64,000 nucleotides of DNA from Campylobacterales bacterium (GCA_027068765.1 JAMOMC010000182.1:2955-66954), one strand, 5' to 3'; shown: positions 53,964 through 64,000, counted from the stretch's first letter. Numbers and translations: made by a program. Notes: a model not told the origin generated them from the sequence alone.

Positions 53964-55678
53964 TTTTTAATACCATGTAGATGTTTAAACTCTTCGCAGT
54001 TTTTCAAAAGAGAGCTGTTTGTCCCCTCACAAACGATACGACCATCTTTTAAAACTATAATCTTATCTGCTTTTTCTATGGTGTTTAATCTATGAGCTAT
54101 TATAAATGTTATCTTATCTTTTGAGATATTTTCAAGTGCATCTGTGATTTTTTTCTCACTTTTTGTATCAAGTGCAGATGTTGCTTCATCAAAAATTAAG
54201 ATTTGAGGGTCTCTATATATTGCTCTTGCTATTGCAATTCTCTGTCTTTGTCCTCCTGAGAGATTTGTCCCAAACTCATTTATATTTGTATCAACACCTT
54301 TTTCTAAATCTTCTATAAATTCCCAAGCATTTGCTTGTTTTAAAGAGTCTATAACTTTTTGTTTATTTATCTCTAATCCATAAGCAACATTTTTAGAAAT
54401 ACTATCATTCATAATATAGACTCTTTGAGTTACAATTGAGATATTTTTTCTTAAACTTTTTAACTTTAACTCTCTTATATTGATACCATCAAATAAAATT
54501 TCCCCACTAGAGGTATCATAAAAACGAAGAAGTAGATTTACGATGGAGCTTTTTCCACCACCACTATTTCCTACAAGTGCAATTTTTTCTCCTTTTTTAG
54601 CTTGTAAAGATATATTATTTAGTGCATATTTGTCATCATATTTTAGTGATACATTTTTAAAACTTATATTTTTAATCTTCTGTTTTATCTCTTTTGTTCC
54701 ATCTTTTATGTTTGAGTTTCTATCTAATATAAAGAAGATTCTCTCACTAGCAGCTACTGCATCTTGGAGTTGATTGTAGAGTTTGGCAACTGATTTTATC
54801 GGAGTATAGAGCATAAAAAGAGCTGTTAAAAATGAGAAAAAGCTACCTACACTCATATCTCCATTTATAACCTCTCTTCCACCATAAAAGACAATAAGAG
54901 CAGCTGCAAACCCACCAAGTATCTCCATCATCGGACTTACAAGCTCATTGGTTCGTACAGCTTTTCTGCTTATCTTATTTATCTTTTGATTCTCTTGTTT
55001 GAAAATCTCTAACTCATAGCTTTCAACTGCATTTGCCTTTATCATCTCTATATTGTTAAATATCTCACTAAGTTTTGATGTTAAATCTGATATCTTCTCT
55101 TGTAAAGAGAATGATAAAGCTTTCATCTTTTTAGCCAAAATTGAGAGAGGCTTAAAGCTAAGAGGTAAAAATACAATTGATATAAAAGCCATCATAGGAT
55201 TTAGATAAAAGATATACCCCAAAAGCATAACAATAATCAAAGACTCTCGAAGCAGATGCGGTATGATATTTGAAACAATTAGTTTTACTCTCTCTATATC
55301 ATTGACACTTCTACTTATGAGTTCTCCACTTCTAAATTTATGAAAAAAATCCATCTCAAATGATAATATTTTACTAAGTACTTCATCTCTTAATCTTCTA
55401 ACAATATCCAAGCCTATATAAGATGCATAATAAATCTGAAGATATTTACCTATACTTTTTAGTGCATAAACAAAGACTAAAGCGATAGGTAGTAGATATA
55501 AAAGTTGTTCATTTTTCTCTATAAAAATTTTATCTAAAACAGGTTTTATCATATAAGCTGTTAGTGTTGTACCAACTGCTGCCATAATCATACCAGTTAT
55601 TGATATCGCAAATTGAAGTTTATAATCTTTAAAGTATGGTAAAAATCTTTTAAAAAAAAGTTTTAATTCTTTGTTCAA
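53960..55678 (-). CDS. msbA: ABC transporter permease/ATPase, lipid A/LPS-core flippase MsbA-like
   Basis: A six-TM exporter domain is joined to an NBD with GNSGGGKSS (Walker A), LSGGQRQRIAIARA (signature) and ILIFDEATSALD (Walker B). It is embedded in the LOS cluster. Confidence 0.65.
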   Translation of the reverse strand: MNKELKLFFKRFLPYFKDYKLQFAISITGMIMAAVGTTLTAYMIKPVLDKIFIEKNEQLLYLLPIALVFVYALKSIGKYLQIYYASYIGLDIVRRLRDEVLSKILSFEMDFFHKFRSGELISRSVNDIERVKLIVSNIIPHLLRESLIIVMLLGYIFYLNPMMAFISIVFLPLSFKPLSILAKKMKALSFSLQEKISDLTSKLSEIFNNIEMIKANAVESYELEIFKQENQKINKISRKAVRTNELVSPMMEILGGFAAALIVFYGGREVINGDMSVGSFFSFLTALFMLYTPIKSVAKLYNQLQDAVAASERIFFILDRNSNIKDGTKEIKQKIKNISFKNVSLKYDDKYALNNISLQAKKGEKIALVGNSGGGKSSIVNLLLRFYDTSSGEILFDGINIRELKLKSLRKNISIVTQRVYIMNDSISKNVAYGLEINKQKVIDSLKQANAWEFIEDLEKGVDTNINEFGTNLSGGQRQRIAIARAIYRDPQILIFDEATSALDTKSEKKITDALENISKDKITFIIAHRLNTIEKADKIIVLKDGRIVCEGTNSSLLKNCEEFKHLHGIKK

Positions 55679-55690
55679 TATCTTCTCAAC

Positions 55691-56650
55691 TTATATTTTT
55701 TTAGCCATTATAGCATTTCTTAAATTTTTCTCCTCTTTTAACACTTCATCTACCAAGATAAGCTCCATACATTCGTTAGTTTTTAAAGGACACTCTCTTT
55801 TCATACAAGGTGAACATTTAAGCTCGTGTCGAATAATTTTACTATGTCTATTTTCCCATTGGGATGTTTCAATATGTTTTGTAGGACCAAATAGACAAAT
55901 AGTAGGAATTTTATAAGCTGAAGCGATATGCATAGGTCCACTATCTGCTGTTATAAACATAGATAATCCTCCTATATTTTCACAAAGCTCTTGTATGGTT
56001 GTTTTACCTGCTAAGTTTGAGATATTTTTTATACCTTCATCTATTAAAATTTTCTCTATATCATCTGCTATATCTTTTTCACTTTCACTTCCAAAAATGA
56101 TAATATCATATAAAGAGCTTAAGCTTTTTGCAACTTTGGCAAATCTTTTTGGAAACCATTGTTTTGCACTTCCATAAGTTGCTCCTGGGTTTATACCAAG
56201 AGTTGGTTTTTTAAATTTTTTTGGTTTATGATATAGTTTTAACTCATGTGCATCCAAGTTTACATCTAGAGATTTATTAATAAAATCATTGTATCTTTTA
56301 ACTTGATGTATCTGTTTTTTTGAGTATCTTTTATATCTAAATTTTCTTTTTGAAGATGAAAAAAAGAGAAACAATTTTGAAAAAAAGACTCTTCTAAATG
56401 AGAGAGTTAAATCAAACTCTCCTAAAGATTTTACAATTTTAAATAGTCTGATAAATCTAAATTTGGCACTTTTGCTATTGTCTAAAACGATTTTTTCTAC
56501 ATTTGGATGGTTTTTTAGAGTGCTTATTGAGACAAAAGAGCCAAAAAGGGTTAGCTTTGCATCTGGATAAGTTTTTACTATATTTTCAACCGCAGGAGTT
56601 GCCATCACACTATCACCTAACCAAGTTGGGAGCTCTATGAGGATTCTCAT
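55691..56650 (-). CDS. waaF: ADP-heptose:LPS heptosyltransferase II
   Basis: The N-terminus MRILIELPTWLGDSVMATPA matches the Campylobacter-type WaaF start. ITADSGPMHIASA is also present. Confidence 0.7.
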   Translation of the reverse strand: MRILIELPTWLGDSVMATPAVENIVKTYPDAKLTLFGSFVSISTLKNHPNVEKIVLDNSKSAKFRFIRLFKIVKSLGEFDLTLSFRRVFFSKLFLFFSSSKRKFRYKRYSKKQIHQVKRYNDFINKSLDVNLDAHELKLYHKPKKFKKPTLGINPGATYGSAKQWFPKRFAKVAKSLSSLYDIIIFGSESEKDIADDIEKILIDEGIKNISNLAGKTTIQELCENIGGLSMFITADSGPMHIASAYKIPTICLFGPTKHIETSQWENRHSKIIRHELKCSPCMKRECPLKTNECMELILVDEVLKEEKNLRNAIMAKKI

Positions 56651-57555
56651 TTTATTAACTCTAATAATCTATTTTCTATCTTAAGGTAAAAGTCTCTATC
56701 GTAGTTTTTTGGTAGTTCAAAATTATTTTGCATCTTATCATCACTTATTGTTGCCCATCTTTTAGAACTTGAAAATAAATCTTCTCCAAAAAATGATAAA
56801 GTTTTTTTATTGATTAAACCTGCTAGATGCATAGGCCCTGTTGAAGTGCTAACAAATAGTTTACAAGTTGCAATAAATTGAGTAAAATCCCATAAGGAGT
56901 TAAAATCATCTCTAATAGATGCATTAAAATCAAGCTTTTTTTCAATATACTCTTTTGAATCTCTATCATCAGGACCAAAAGTAAAGATAACATCTATTAT
57001 TTTACTAGCACTTTTGGCTAAATTAAGATAATCATCAAGTGTTAAATTTCCATCACTACTACCACCAAAACCTGGATGAAAAATGATAAAGTTTTTAGGT
57101 TTACTCTGGATTTGAAGTAGTGGAGTGGTAAACTCTAATTTTAAATTCTTGTCAAATGCTTTTAATAAATCAAGATTATATTCCCACTCTTTTTTTTTAA
57201 CTTCACTTCTTCTTTGTTTTATTTTTTTATTAAAAAAGATTTGAGCTATCTTTGTAGAGGGAGCAATTCTAATTGGAATACGAGCTAAAAATAGAGTTAA
57301 CCCAAGATTAAAATCTATATATCCACTAATACTTATATCAAATTTATATCTGCTTAATCTTTTTAAAAGTACTAAATTATCAGAAGTATACTCAATAACA
57401 TCATCTATAAAATCAAGTTTTTTTGCTAGTTGAACATTGATGCTAGAGACAAGCATAATGATGTTGTGATTTGTTTGCTTCTTTAATACTTTGCACATTG
57501 GAAGTGCAGTGATGAAATCTCCTATTTTATCGTGTCTTGTTATGAGAATATTCAT
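56647..57555 (-). CDS. Glycosyltransferase family 9
   Basis: ILITRHDKIGDFITALPMCKVL and STSTGPMHLAG. It overlaps both neighbours by 4 nt. Confidence 0.7.
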   Translation of the reverse strand: MNILITRHDKIGDFITALPMCKVLKKQTNHNIIMLVSSINVQLAKKLDFIDDVIEYTSDNLVLLKRLSRYKFDISISGYIDFNLGLTLFLARIPIRIAPSTKIAQIFFNKKIKQRRSEVKKKEWEYNLDLLKAFDKNLKLEFTTPLLQIQSKPKNFIIFHPGFGGSSDGNLTLDDYLNLAKSASKIIDVIFTFGPDDRDSKEYIEKKLDFNASIRDDFNSLWDFTQFIATCKLFVSTSTGPMHLAGLINKKTLSFFGEDLFSSSKRWATISDDKMQNNFELPKNYDRDFYLKIENRLLELIK

Positions 57556-58307
57556 TTTAGCTCTTTGTTTAATTCGTATAATTTCATATATTTATAAAAG
57601 TTTGTTACTGCATGAGAGACTGATATTAGTAGTCCAACATAGCCATCTAAAAATCCTTTTTTTAGTATATATGTTTTAAAAAATGAAAATGTTGCATTTA
57701 AAACTGCCTTGGTTGGAGTTGAAGATTTCTTCCTAATATTTTGTTTTGCAAAAATTTCAGAGTAATAGTCTGCTTTTTGGATAAATTGGCTAATTGAGTT
57801 ATAAGGGTAGTGTTTTAACTCTCCATCAATTGTGATTATGTTTAAATCTTTTATCATAATCTTCTCATGTACCATATTATTATTAAATGCTGTTACTGTT
57901 TTGTTGTAGATTCTTATAATTTTCTCTTCACTCCAGCCACAATGCTCTATCTTTTTACTTTTATAGTAGTTGGATCTTTTTATCTCATAAACAGCTAAAT
58001 TATCTAATTTTAATTTTTCAATATTTTTAAACATCTCTTTACTTATCACTTCATCGGAATCTAAAGAGAATATCCACTCATTTTTTGCAAATGAAGCGGC
58101 TTTGTTTTTTGTAGGACCAAAACCTAAAAACTCTCCTTCAATAATCTTAACATTTTTATATTTTTGTGCTATTTTTTTTGTATTGTCGCTTGAATCATTT
58201 AAGTATAAGATTACTTCATCAAACTCTTTTAGGCTATTGAGTGAGCTTTGAAGACTTTGATCTGCATTTTTAGCAATCATAACTATAGATATTTTATCAA
58301 TCAACAA
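57552..58307 (-). CDS. Glycosyltransferase family 2 (LOS core)
   Basis: GT-A pattern: ISIVMIAKNADQSL...LNDSSDNT...SLDSDEV. Confidence 0.75.
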   Translation of the reverse strand: MLIDKISIVMIAKNADQSLQSSLNSLKEFDEVILYLNDSSDNTKKIAQKYKNVKIIEGEFLGFGPTKNKAASFAKNEWIFSLDSDEVISKEMFKNIEKLKLDNLAVYEIKRSNYYKSKKIEHCGWSEEKIIRIYNKTVTAFNNNMVHEKIMIKDLNIITIDGELKHYPYNSISQFIQKADYYSEIFAKQNIRKKSSTPTKAVLNATFSFFKTYILKKGFLDGYVGLLISVSHAVTNFYKYMKLYELNKELK

Positions 58308-59040
58308 CTTTTTCTCCTTTTAGTTTTTTCTTTAGATTTTTAAAATTTTTATGTTTTTGTGAGTAGTAAAGAGCTGTTTTTATACAATTTTTTGGATCTT
58401 TACCTAAAAGTTTTGAATACTCTTCTACAATTGTACTTAAATCCTCGTCTTTTGCCCAGAGTTTAGAGAAATTTCTTAGCCTCTCATTTAGAGTTAGTTT
58501 TTTAAATTTCATTCTATTTATATCAACAATTTTAAATTCAAAATTTTTACCTAATCTTTTTATTAAAATATTTCCAGGAGAGTAATCAAGATGCAGTATA
58601 GAGTTTTGATGCAACTTAAATGTAAATTTTGCAAAGTCTTTAAATATCTCCTTTTTATCTTCAAAATTTTTATCAAGCAGTGGTTCTCTTATGGTAAAAT
58701 CAAAATTAAATTTTTCACTTATAAAGTAACTTTCATCAAGTAGCTCAAATTTTTTAAACTCAATATATCCTATAGGTTTAGGGGTGAAATCTATAATTTT
58801 TATACTATTTTCATAAGACTTTTGAGCTTTAGAGTTTTTAAAGTAGCTATAAGCTATCTTATTTAATAGATGCGGAATTTTAAAAGATTTTACAACATAT
58901 TTTCTATTTTGGTAGGAGATAATTTTTATTTCGTTTCTAGCTCTATGTATAAAAGAGCTATTTTTTGAAAAGTATTCTCTTATATTCAAAATGAAATTTT
59001 TATAAGATTTATCTTGTTTATATATGAGATATTTATGCAT
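58297..59040 (-). CDS. Lipopolysaccharide kinase (Kdo/WaaP) family protein
   Basis: The kinase catalytic loop ILHLDYSPGNILI (HxDxxxxN) and KIVDINRM are present. It sits in the LOS cluster. Confidence 0.55.
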   Translation of the reverse strand: MHKYLIYKQDKSYKNFILNIREYFSKNSSFIHRARNEIKIISYQNRKYVVKSFKIPHLLNKIAYSYFKNSKAQKSYENSIKIIDFTPKPIGYIEFKKFELLDESYFISEKFNFDFTIREPLLDKNFEDKKEIFKDFAKFTFKLHQNSILHLDYSPGNILIKRLGKNFEFKIVDINRMKFKKLTLNERLRNFSKLWAKDEDLSTIVEEYSKLLGKDPKNCIKTALYYSQKHKNFKNLKKKLKGEKVVD

Positions 59041-59041
59041 G

Positions 59042-60052
59042 TTATAGTGTCGAATATCTTTTTAGTGGACTTTGTATAATAGATGTTGTCTGTAAAAAAT
59101 CTTGACACAATTTAACTGTTTTAACTCTAAAAGTAATTTCATCTAAGTTTATTACAAATGATTCAATTTTGCTTTTATCAAACATGACATTTAGTGTAAA
59201 TAGGGCTGTTGAGAAAAAAGATATGATATGTTTTGGATAAACTTGGTTTTTTAGAAAAAATATTTCTATTGGCATGGTAGTGTCTTTTATGATAAAATTA
59301 TCGTTTACTAAATCTTTTAATTCTTTATGTAAAATTTCGGTTCTATGTGGCATGTAGATGATTTTTTTATTTTTATATCTGTTTATTATCTGTCTTATGT
59401 AATATATATACTTTTCTTTAGTAACTATATTTCCTTGTGTTAAGTTTTGTCCAAGCAGATATATAGTGTCATCATGATGTTTGTGGGATAAAAATCTTTT
59501 TTTTACATTATTAAATGTATGTTTGACAATAATTTCATTATTGAGTTGTTTTAGGTTAAATATCGTGAAAAAATTTATATCTTTTTTTATCTTTGCTTTT
59601 AAGCCAAAAAGTAAAAATCTTAACTCTTTTAGTCTTAATTTTCTTTTATGAAAGTAGGTACTTATCGTTTTATGTGTGATAATAGTTGCTGTTCCATCGT
59701 CCATCAAGTATGATTGTTTATACTCTAAATTAGCCAATAATGATTTAAAAATTGTACCAAAATCACCGATAAAAATTGTTTCATACTTATTTTGTTGTAA
59801 TGATTTTATAAGTTTAACATATTTGAAAAATTTTGATTTTTTATTATCTTCTATTTCGATGATTTTACTCCAAATATTGTCCAAATTAAATATATCAACC
59901 ATGTTTTTAATTTGTTCTATATTTTTACTTCCAGCATTATGGATAATAACTAATATATTTTGTGTTGTATTAAAGTGTCTACTTGCTTCATATGCATTCA
60001 TAATTTGTAAAGGTGAGCGAACAATAAATAAGTTATGCATTATGTTTTCCAA
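59042..60052 (-). CDS. Hypothetical protein, possible glycosyltransferase (faint GT52-like flavour)
   Basis: The N-terminal LFIVRSPLQIMNAYEA and the motif YLMDDGTAT are seen. The call rests mainly on context. Confidence 0.3.
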   Translation of the reverse strand: MENIMHNLFIVRSPLQIMNAYEASRHFNTTQNILVIIHNAGSKNIEQIKNMVDIFNLDNIWSKIIEIEDNKKSKFFKYVKLIKSLQQNKYETIFIGDFGTIFKSLLANLEYKQSYLMDDGTATIITHKTISTYFHKRKLRLKELRFLLFGLKAKIKKDINFFTIFNLKQLNNEIIVKHTFNNVKKRFLSHKHHDDTIYLLGQNLTQGNIVTKEKYIYYIRQIINRYKNKKIIYMPHRTEILHKELKDLVNDNFIIKDTTMPIEIFFLKNQVYPKHIISFFSTALFTLNVMFDKSKIESFVINLDEITFRVKTVKLCQDFLQTTSIIQSPLKRYSTL

Positions 60053-61271
60053 TTTTATTAGATTTATCTTCTTGTATTTTTTGTCTGATAATTATTCCAC
60101 TCATTAGTGCAAAAAGTGCTAATGAGAACTGTTTTCGAAAAGGAACATCTACGAAAAAGACTAAAAGAAAGGTCATGATTAAAATAATTTTTATATTGTT
60201 TATTATGTTATTTTTAATTGAAATACTCATCAAAAAATAGAAGATCGCCAAAAAAGATATCAATCCTAAAAGACCAATTTGTGCTACAATTTCAATGTAC
60301 TGTCCGTGAAAATAGACTATCATATTTTTAAGATGACAAGTTGAAAACCTCTCATCACTATCCATAGTATCTCTTAAATATTCTAAATGATCACCCAGTC
60401 CAATACCAATTATGGGATGCTCTTTTACAATCTCATAAGTTATTACCCAAGTAAAAGCTCTACCTCCTAAAGAGTTACAATAATTCTCTTCTACGAGAGT
60501 TTGTACAATATCGCTTTTTATAAAATTTATTCTCTGTTTAAAAGTATCATTAAATGTATAAAATGTTCCTATTAGAATTGTTGATAAAATTAAAGCGATA
60601 CTTATAGCTCTTATCTTATGTTTAAAATTATTAATTAATAGTAAAAAAATTCCTACAACAAGTATTACCTGACCTGTTCGTCCAATCCCTAAAAATAGTA
60701 TACCTGTAAATAAAATTGCTAAAAATATATGTAGAAAAATCACTCTTTTATCTTTTGAGTTAAGGGCAAAGTTTAAAGCCAAAAGAGAAGAGAATGCTAA
60801 AAAGATGCTATAAAAGACATGATACATAAATGGTGATAAACTACCAGCTGTTACCTCTTTAACTTGCCACCAATCAAAATATATTCCCCAAGAGATTATC
60901 ACACTTACACTCATGCCGGCTAAAAAAGCATATAAAATTTTGGGTATATATTCATGTTTTAAAGATGTAAATATGGGGAAAAGTATAAGTAAATACCAAT
61001 ATTTTCTTATATAATTTATACCTTCTTTCAAGTTTTGCTCTTGAGCCCAAAGCAGTGAAAGGGTGCTAAAAATTAAAAATATAATCAAAGATAAGGTAAA
61101 TTTGCACTTAAATATCTGTCTAAATTTATCTCTAAATTTTCCTTCAATAATCCAAAGTATAAATAAAAGTGCAGTAAAAGCAACTATACCAGCACGACTT
61201 AAAGGCAAGATAAAAGCATAAGCAACCACTAAATAATTAATTGTGCTATTTATATGAATTTTATTTATCAA
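60033..61271 (-). CDS. O-antigen ligase (WaaL)-like polytopic membrane protein
   Basis: It has at least 10 hydrophobic helices and a larger loop late in the protein. It is located between LOS glycosyltransferases. Confidence 0.5.
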   Translation of the reverse strand: MINKIHINSTINYLVVAYAFILPLSRAGIVAFTALLFILWIIEGKFRDKFRQIFKCKFTLSLIIFLIFSTLSLLWAQEQNLKEGINYIRKYWYLLILFPIFTSLKHEYIPKILYAFLAGMSVSVIISWGIYFDWWQVKEVTAGSLSPFMYHVFYSIFLAFSSLLALNFALNSKDKRVIFLHIFLAILFTGILFLGIGRTGQVILVVGIFLLLINNFKHKIRAISIALILSTILIGTFYTFNDTFKQRINFIKSDIVQTLVEENYCNSLGGRAFTWVITYEIVKEHPIIGIGLGDHLEYLRDTMDSDERFSTCHLKNMIVYFHGQYIEIVAQIGLLGLISFLAIFYFLMSISIKNNIINNIKIILIMTFLLVFFVDVPFRKQFSLALFALMSGIIIRQKIQEDKSNKIGKHNA

Positions 61272-62229
61272 TTTTTAACCTATTTTCTATCTCTTTAACA
61301 ATCTCTTGTGGTTTTATATTTTTTATAAAATCTGTATCTTTTATGCACATCTCTCCTCTAAATAGATATGAACCAAAATTAACTTTTGGCTTAACAACTT
61401 CAAAAGGACTTGCACTTTTGCCTATAATTGTTATAAAATTGGTATTTGTAGCTGCGGCAACGTGCATAGAAGATGAGTCAATTGTTACTAAAAGATCAAG
61501 TGTATTTATGATGTCTATAAATTCACCAACGGATGTTTTTCCAGTGAGATTTTTGACTTCTATTTTACTCTCTTTTAGCTGTTTTTCATATATTGAGTTA
61601 TTATACTTATCGTCACAATCACCTAAAAGTATGATTTTATAAGCACTATTTTTCAAAAGAGAAAAAAGTTCAAGACTCTGTTTTTGAGGATAACCTCTAG
61701 TGTCTTTGTGAGTTCCTAGAACAAATCCAATAAGTGGCTTACTTTTTTTTGTAACAAAACTTTGTTTTTGAGCATAAAGTTTCAATGGAGGTAAAAGAGT
61801 GTATTTTTCTTTTAAGTACTTGTTTATCAAGTTTGCATAGTGATTAATATAGTGCTTTGATCTATCAATTTTTAACCAAAAATCTAGAAGTATTTTTCTT
61901 TGCTCTTTATCGTATCCTATGATAGTATCTATATTTGATAGTTTAAAAATTAATGCATCCATAAATGTATTGTGAAATACCACACCTAAATCATATCTCT
62001 CTTCTCTAATACTTTTGATAAGGTTTAGTGCTTTTTTAAGCCTATTGCTACCTTTTGTGTTATCAATAATAATTTTATCTATATCATACCCTCTAAAAAT
62101 ATCTTTGCAATTATTTTTACAAACTACTGTTATTTTAGCTTTTGGATACTCTTGTTTTATAATCTGTAATGCTGGTAACATCATGATGGTATCACCTATA
62201 AATCCAGGTGTTTTTATAATTATATTCAT
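61261..62229 (-). CDS. Glycosyltransferase family 9
   Basis: IIIKTPGFIGDTIMMLPALQII...KITVVCK and TIDSSSMHVAAA. Confidence 0.7.
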   Translation of the reverse strand: MNIIIKTPGFIGDTIMMLPALQIIKQEYPKAKITVVCKNNCKDIFRGYDIDKIIIDNTKGSNRLKKALNLIKSIREERYDLGVVFHNTFMDALIFKLSNIDTIIGYDKEQRKILLDFWLKIDRSKHYINHYANLINKYLKEKYTLLPPLKLYAQKQSFVTKKSKPLIGFVLGTHKDTRGYPQKQSLELFSLLKNSAYKIILLGDCDDKYNNSIYEKQLKESKIEVKNLTGKTSVGEFIDIINTLDLLVTIDSSSMHVAAATNTNFITIIGKSASPFEVVKPKVNFGSYLFRGEMCIKDTDFIKNIKPQEIVKEIENRLKIDK

Positions 62230-63440
62230 AAGTTATTTTTTACTACATACATAAAATTTCCAGATTTAAACTTTTTGCCATATATATCGATAATCTTATC
62301 GCACTCTTGCTTTTTTAATGCTATATTTTTTGACCAATACACTTCAATAGTTTCATTTTTTTTAAATTTCATATATTTTATCTCATTTTTAAAATCAAAC
62401 TCTACTAATTTTGCATCTTTTAACAATCTTACCATAGTTTGATAAGCTTCAAATGCAGGATATTTTTTAACTCCTTGACGATTATCTATCAGACCATACC
62501 CAGGGGCCACAAGTTGATGCCAATAGACTCTTTTTATCATACCAGTAGAGAGTGCCAAAAGATAGTATTTCACCATATATAGTGCATAATTATCTAAACT
62601 TACACACTCTTTTTCACTTGTTGGAGCATAAGGAGCAGTATTTGAAATGGGCCAATTTGTCTCTGTTATGATAATTTTATTGCTACTTTTTGGACTCAAA
62701 GATACCATCGCATAAAGAAGTTTTATCTTTTTAATCAAATCCAAACCCATTTGCAAGTTTTCAGGACTTCCTCGTCTATCTACATAGAGCAGTGTACTAA
62801 ACATATCATAATGAATTTTATAAAAGTTAAAAAGAGTCCGAACAGAAAAATGATACTCAAAATCAATTACTGAAGAGCCAATGAGTTTGATATCTTTAAA
62901 CCTTGCGTCTCGTATATCTTGCACCACTTTATAAAAGCTCATATACTCATCCATAGTAAATATTGCCCATTTTTTACGATTTATGGCATTGCCTATCTGA
63001 TACTCTTTTACATCTAGAGTTTTAAAGATATTTTCAATGGACTCTTTGGCTAACTCCAAATCTTCTATATGTCTTCTATCTTGCAAAATATTTACCAAAA
63101 CATTATACTCTTTAAGGGAGTCTAAAAATGTTTTATAACATGAGAGATTTTCTATATCACTTAGTGGAATTCGTACAAGTATATCTTTAACCCCTAACTC
63201 TTTTATAAGATGTAAATCACAATCAAGACTCACACCCATCGCAAAAAAGTTTTTTGTCTCTGGCTCTTTTCTCTCCAAAAGTGCAACTAAAAAACGAACT
63301 AAGATGAGAGGAAAAAGCAAGATATTTACCCCTAGCATCTTTAAACTATCAAATATTGTCCGTTTATAAATCTCTTTTTTTGCCTTTTTATCTCTAATAG
63401 GGTAGGGTTGGTCTGAAAATTTATCCCACTCAAACATCAA
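62226..63440 (-). CDS. Hypothetical protein with clan GH-A (TIM-barrel glycoside-hydrolase)-like motif
   Basis: IIITETNWP resembles the nucleophile-Glu box (xTExGW) of GH clan A. No signal peptide is obvious. Confidence 0.3.
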   Translation of the reverse strand: MMFEWDKFSDQPYPIRDKKAKKEIYKRTIFDSLKMLGVNILLFPLILVRFLVALLERKEPETKNFFAMGVSLDCDLHLIKELGVKDILVRIPLSDIENLSCYKTFLDSLKEYNVLVNILQDRRHIEDLELAKESIENIFKTLDVKEYQIGNAINRKKWAIFTMDEYMSFYKVVQDIRDARFKDIKLIGSSVIDFEYHFSVRTLFNFYKIHYDMFSTLLYVDRRGSPENLQMGLDLIKKIKLLYAMVSLSPKSSNKIIITETNWPISNTAPYAPTSEKECVSLDNYALYMVKYYLLALSTGMIKRVYWHQLVAPGYGLIDNRQGVKKYPAFEAYQTMVRLLKDAKLVEFDFKNEIKYMKFKKNETIEVYWSKNIALKKQECDKIIDIYGKKFKSGNFMYVVKNNL

Positions 63441-64000
63441 GAAGCTCTTTTGCTAACTCTATAATTTTCTCTTCTTTAATCTGTGAGATAGAAAAATCGT
63501 TTTTATCTAGTTTGTATGGATTTACTTTTGATGGAGATTTTAAGAGTTTGTTTATTTTCGTTTCATAAATTCTTGTTGGTGGTGTTGGTCCAAAAAGGGT
63601 GATTGATGGTATATTATTTGCCCATGCTATATAGCTAGGACCTGTGTCATTTCCTATTATAAGATTGGCATCTGATATGAGTGCTTTTAACTCATCTAAG
63701 TTCATCTTTGGAAGGGTGGTTACATTTGTGGTATTTGCAGCGATAAAATCTGCATCTTTTTTTTCATCTTTGTTTCCAAAAGGTATAAGTATATTTGCTT
63801 GAAGTGAATTTGCAATAGTTATTAATTTCTCTTTTGGATAGATTCTGCTTTTCCAGTTTGCACCTATTATAAGTATAATGTTATGGTTATCTTTAGACAA
63901 AAATTTATTTTTATTTATTTGTTTGTAAAAAAGATATGGCTTTTTCTTTAATACATCATCTTTTGATATCTCAATCTCTAAAGCCTTTGAAATTAAAACT
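63430..64000 (-). CDS. waaC: Glycosyltransferase family 9, heptosyltransferase I-like (5' end beyond window)
   Basis: The minus-strand frame stays open to nt 64000 (...KKKPYLFYKQINKNKF precedes the track's TTG at 63900), so the gene is partial. The C-terminal domain has IIGNDTGPSYIAWA...TLFGPT. Confidence 0.5.
   Translation of the reverse strand, partial: VLISKALEIEISKDDVLKKKPYLFYKQINKNKFLSKDNHNIILIIGANWKSRIYPKEKLITIANSLQANILIPFGNKDEKKDADFIAANTTNVTTLPKMNLDELKALISDANLIIGNDTGPSYIAWANNIPSITLFGPTPPTRIYETKINKLLKSPSKVNPYKLDKNDFSISQIKEEKIIELAKELLDV

Noticed and set aside
53780-57198. A9/T9 homopolymer tracts inside GT9 genes (53780-53788; 57190-57198) and T9 in the small cytochrome c gene (27901-27909) as possible phase-variation switches.
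   Set aside because: They encode Lys or Phe runs and are of borderline length for slippage. Such tracts are expected by chance in a ~28% GC genome. No poly-G/C tract lies in a coding region; the only G7 (45259-45265) is in an intergenic hairpin.

Overview
This is a 64-kb window from a low-GC Campylobacterota (epsilonproteobacterial) chromosome. It looks Arcobacter-like, but the genus is only a guess from gene content and composition. All calls rest on reading the supplied translations and the DNA by eye; no database search was possible.

Layout:
- nt 1-22602: the 3' part of one giant gene with at least 7,533 codons in the window; its 5' end lies off-window. It encodes an apparently Cys-free RTX-type calcium-binding repeat protein, probably a T1SS-type adhesin.
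- nt 22.6-39.9 kb: mostly housekeeping genes. These are a TAXI-type binding protein, tgt, an M50 protease, lepB, folD, a small cytochrome c, hemL, rpsO, and rrf2-flhA-DHH. A ~5-kb accessory block of envelope genes sits between rpsO and rrf2-flhA; it holds a MORN protein, DUF4398/OmpA lipoproteins, a large lipoprotein, and an S8 protease with a separately encoded prodomain.
- nt 39.9-50.3 kb: the most interesting locus. After a 904-nt non-coding region come three tandem paralogous octahaem c-type cytochromes (8 CxxCH each, followed by two Ig/IPT-like domains). A subtilisin-like S8 protease and a SurA/PpiC-type PPIase follow immediately. All three cytochromes and the protease carry 2-3 C-terminal copies of an unrecognised ~58-aa Tyr/Asp/Trp-rich two-Cys repeat, 11 copies in total. 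The architecture parallels the Geobacter OmcZ/OzpA cytochrome-nanowire maturation pair.
- nt 50.3-52.9 kb: clpB with a HAIR-like operator.
- nt 52.9-64.0 kb: a minus-strand LPS/LOS core cluster with five GT9 heptosyltransferase-family genes, msbA, GT2, a Kdo/WaaP-type kinase, an O-antigen-ligase-like gene and a GH-like gene.

No rRNA, tRNA, CRISPR array, transposase or integrase was seen.
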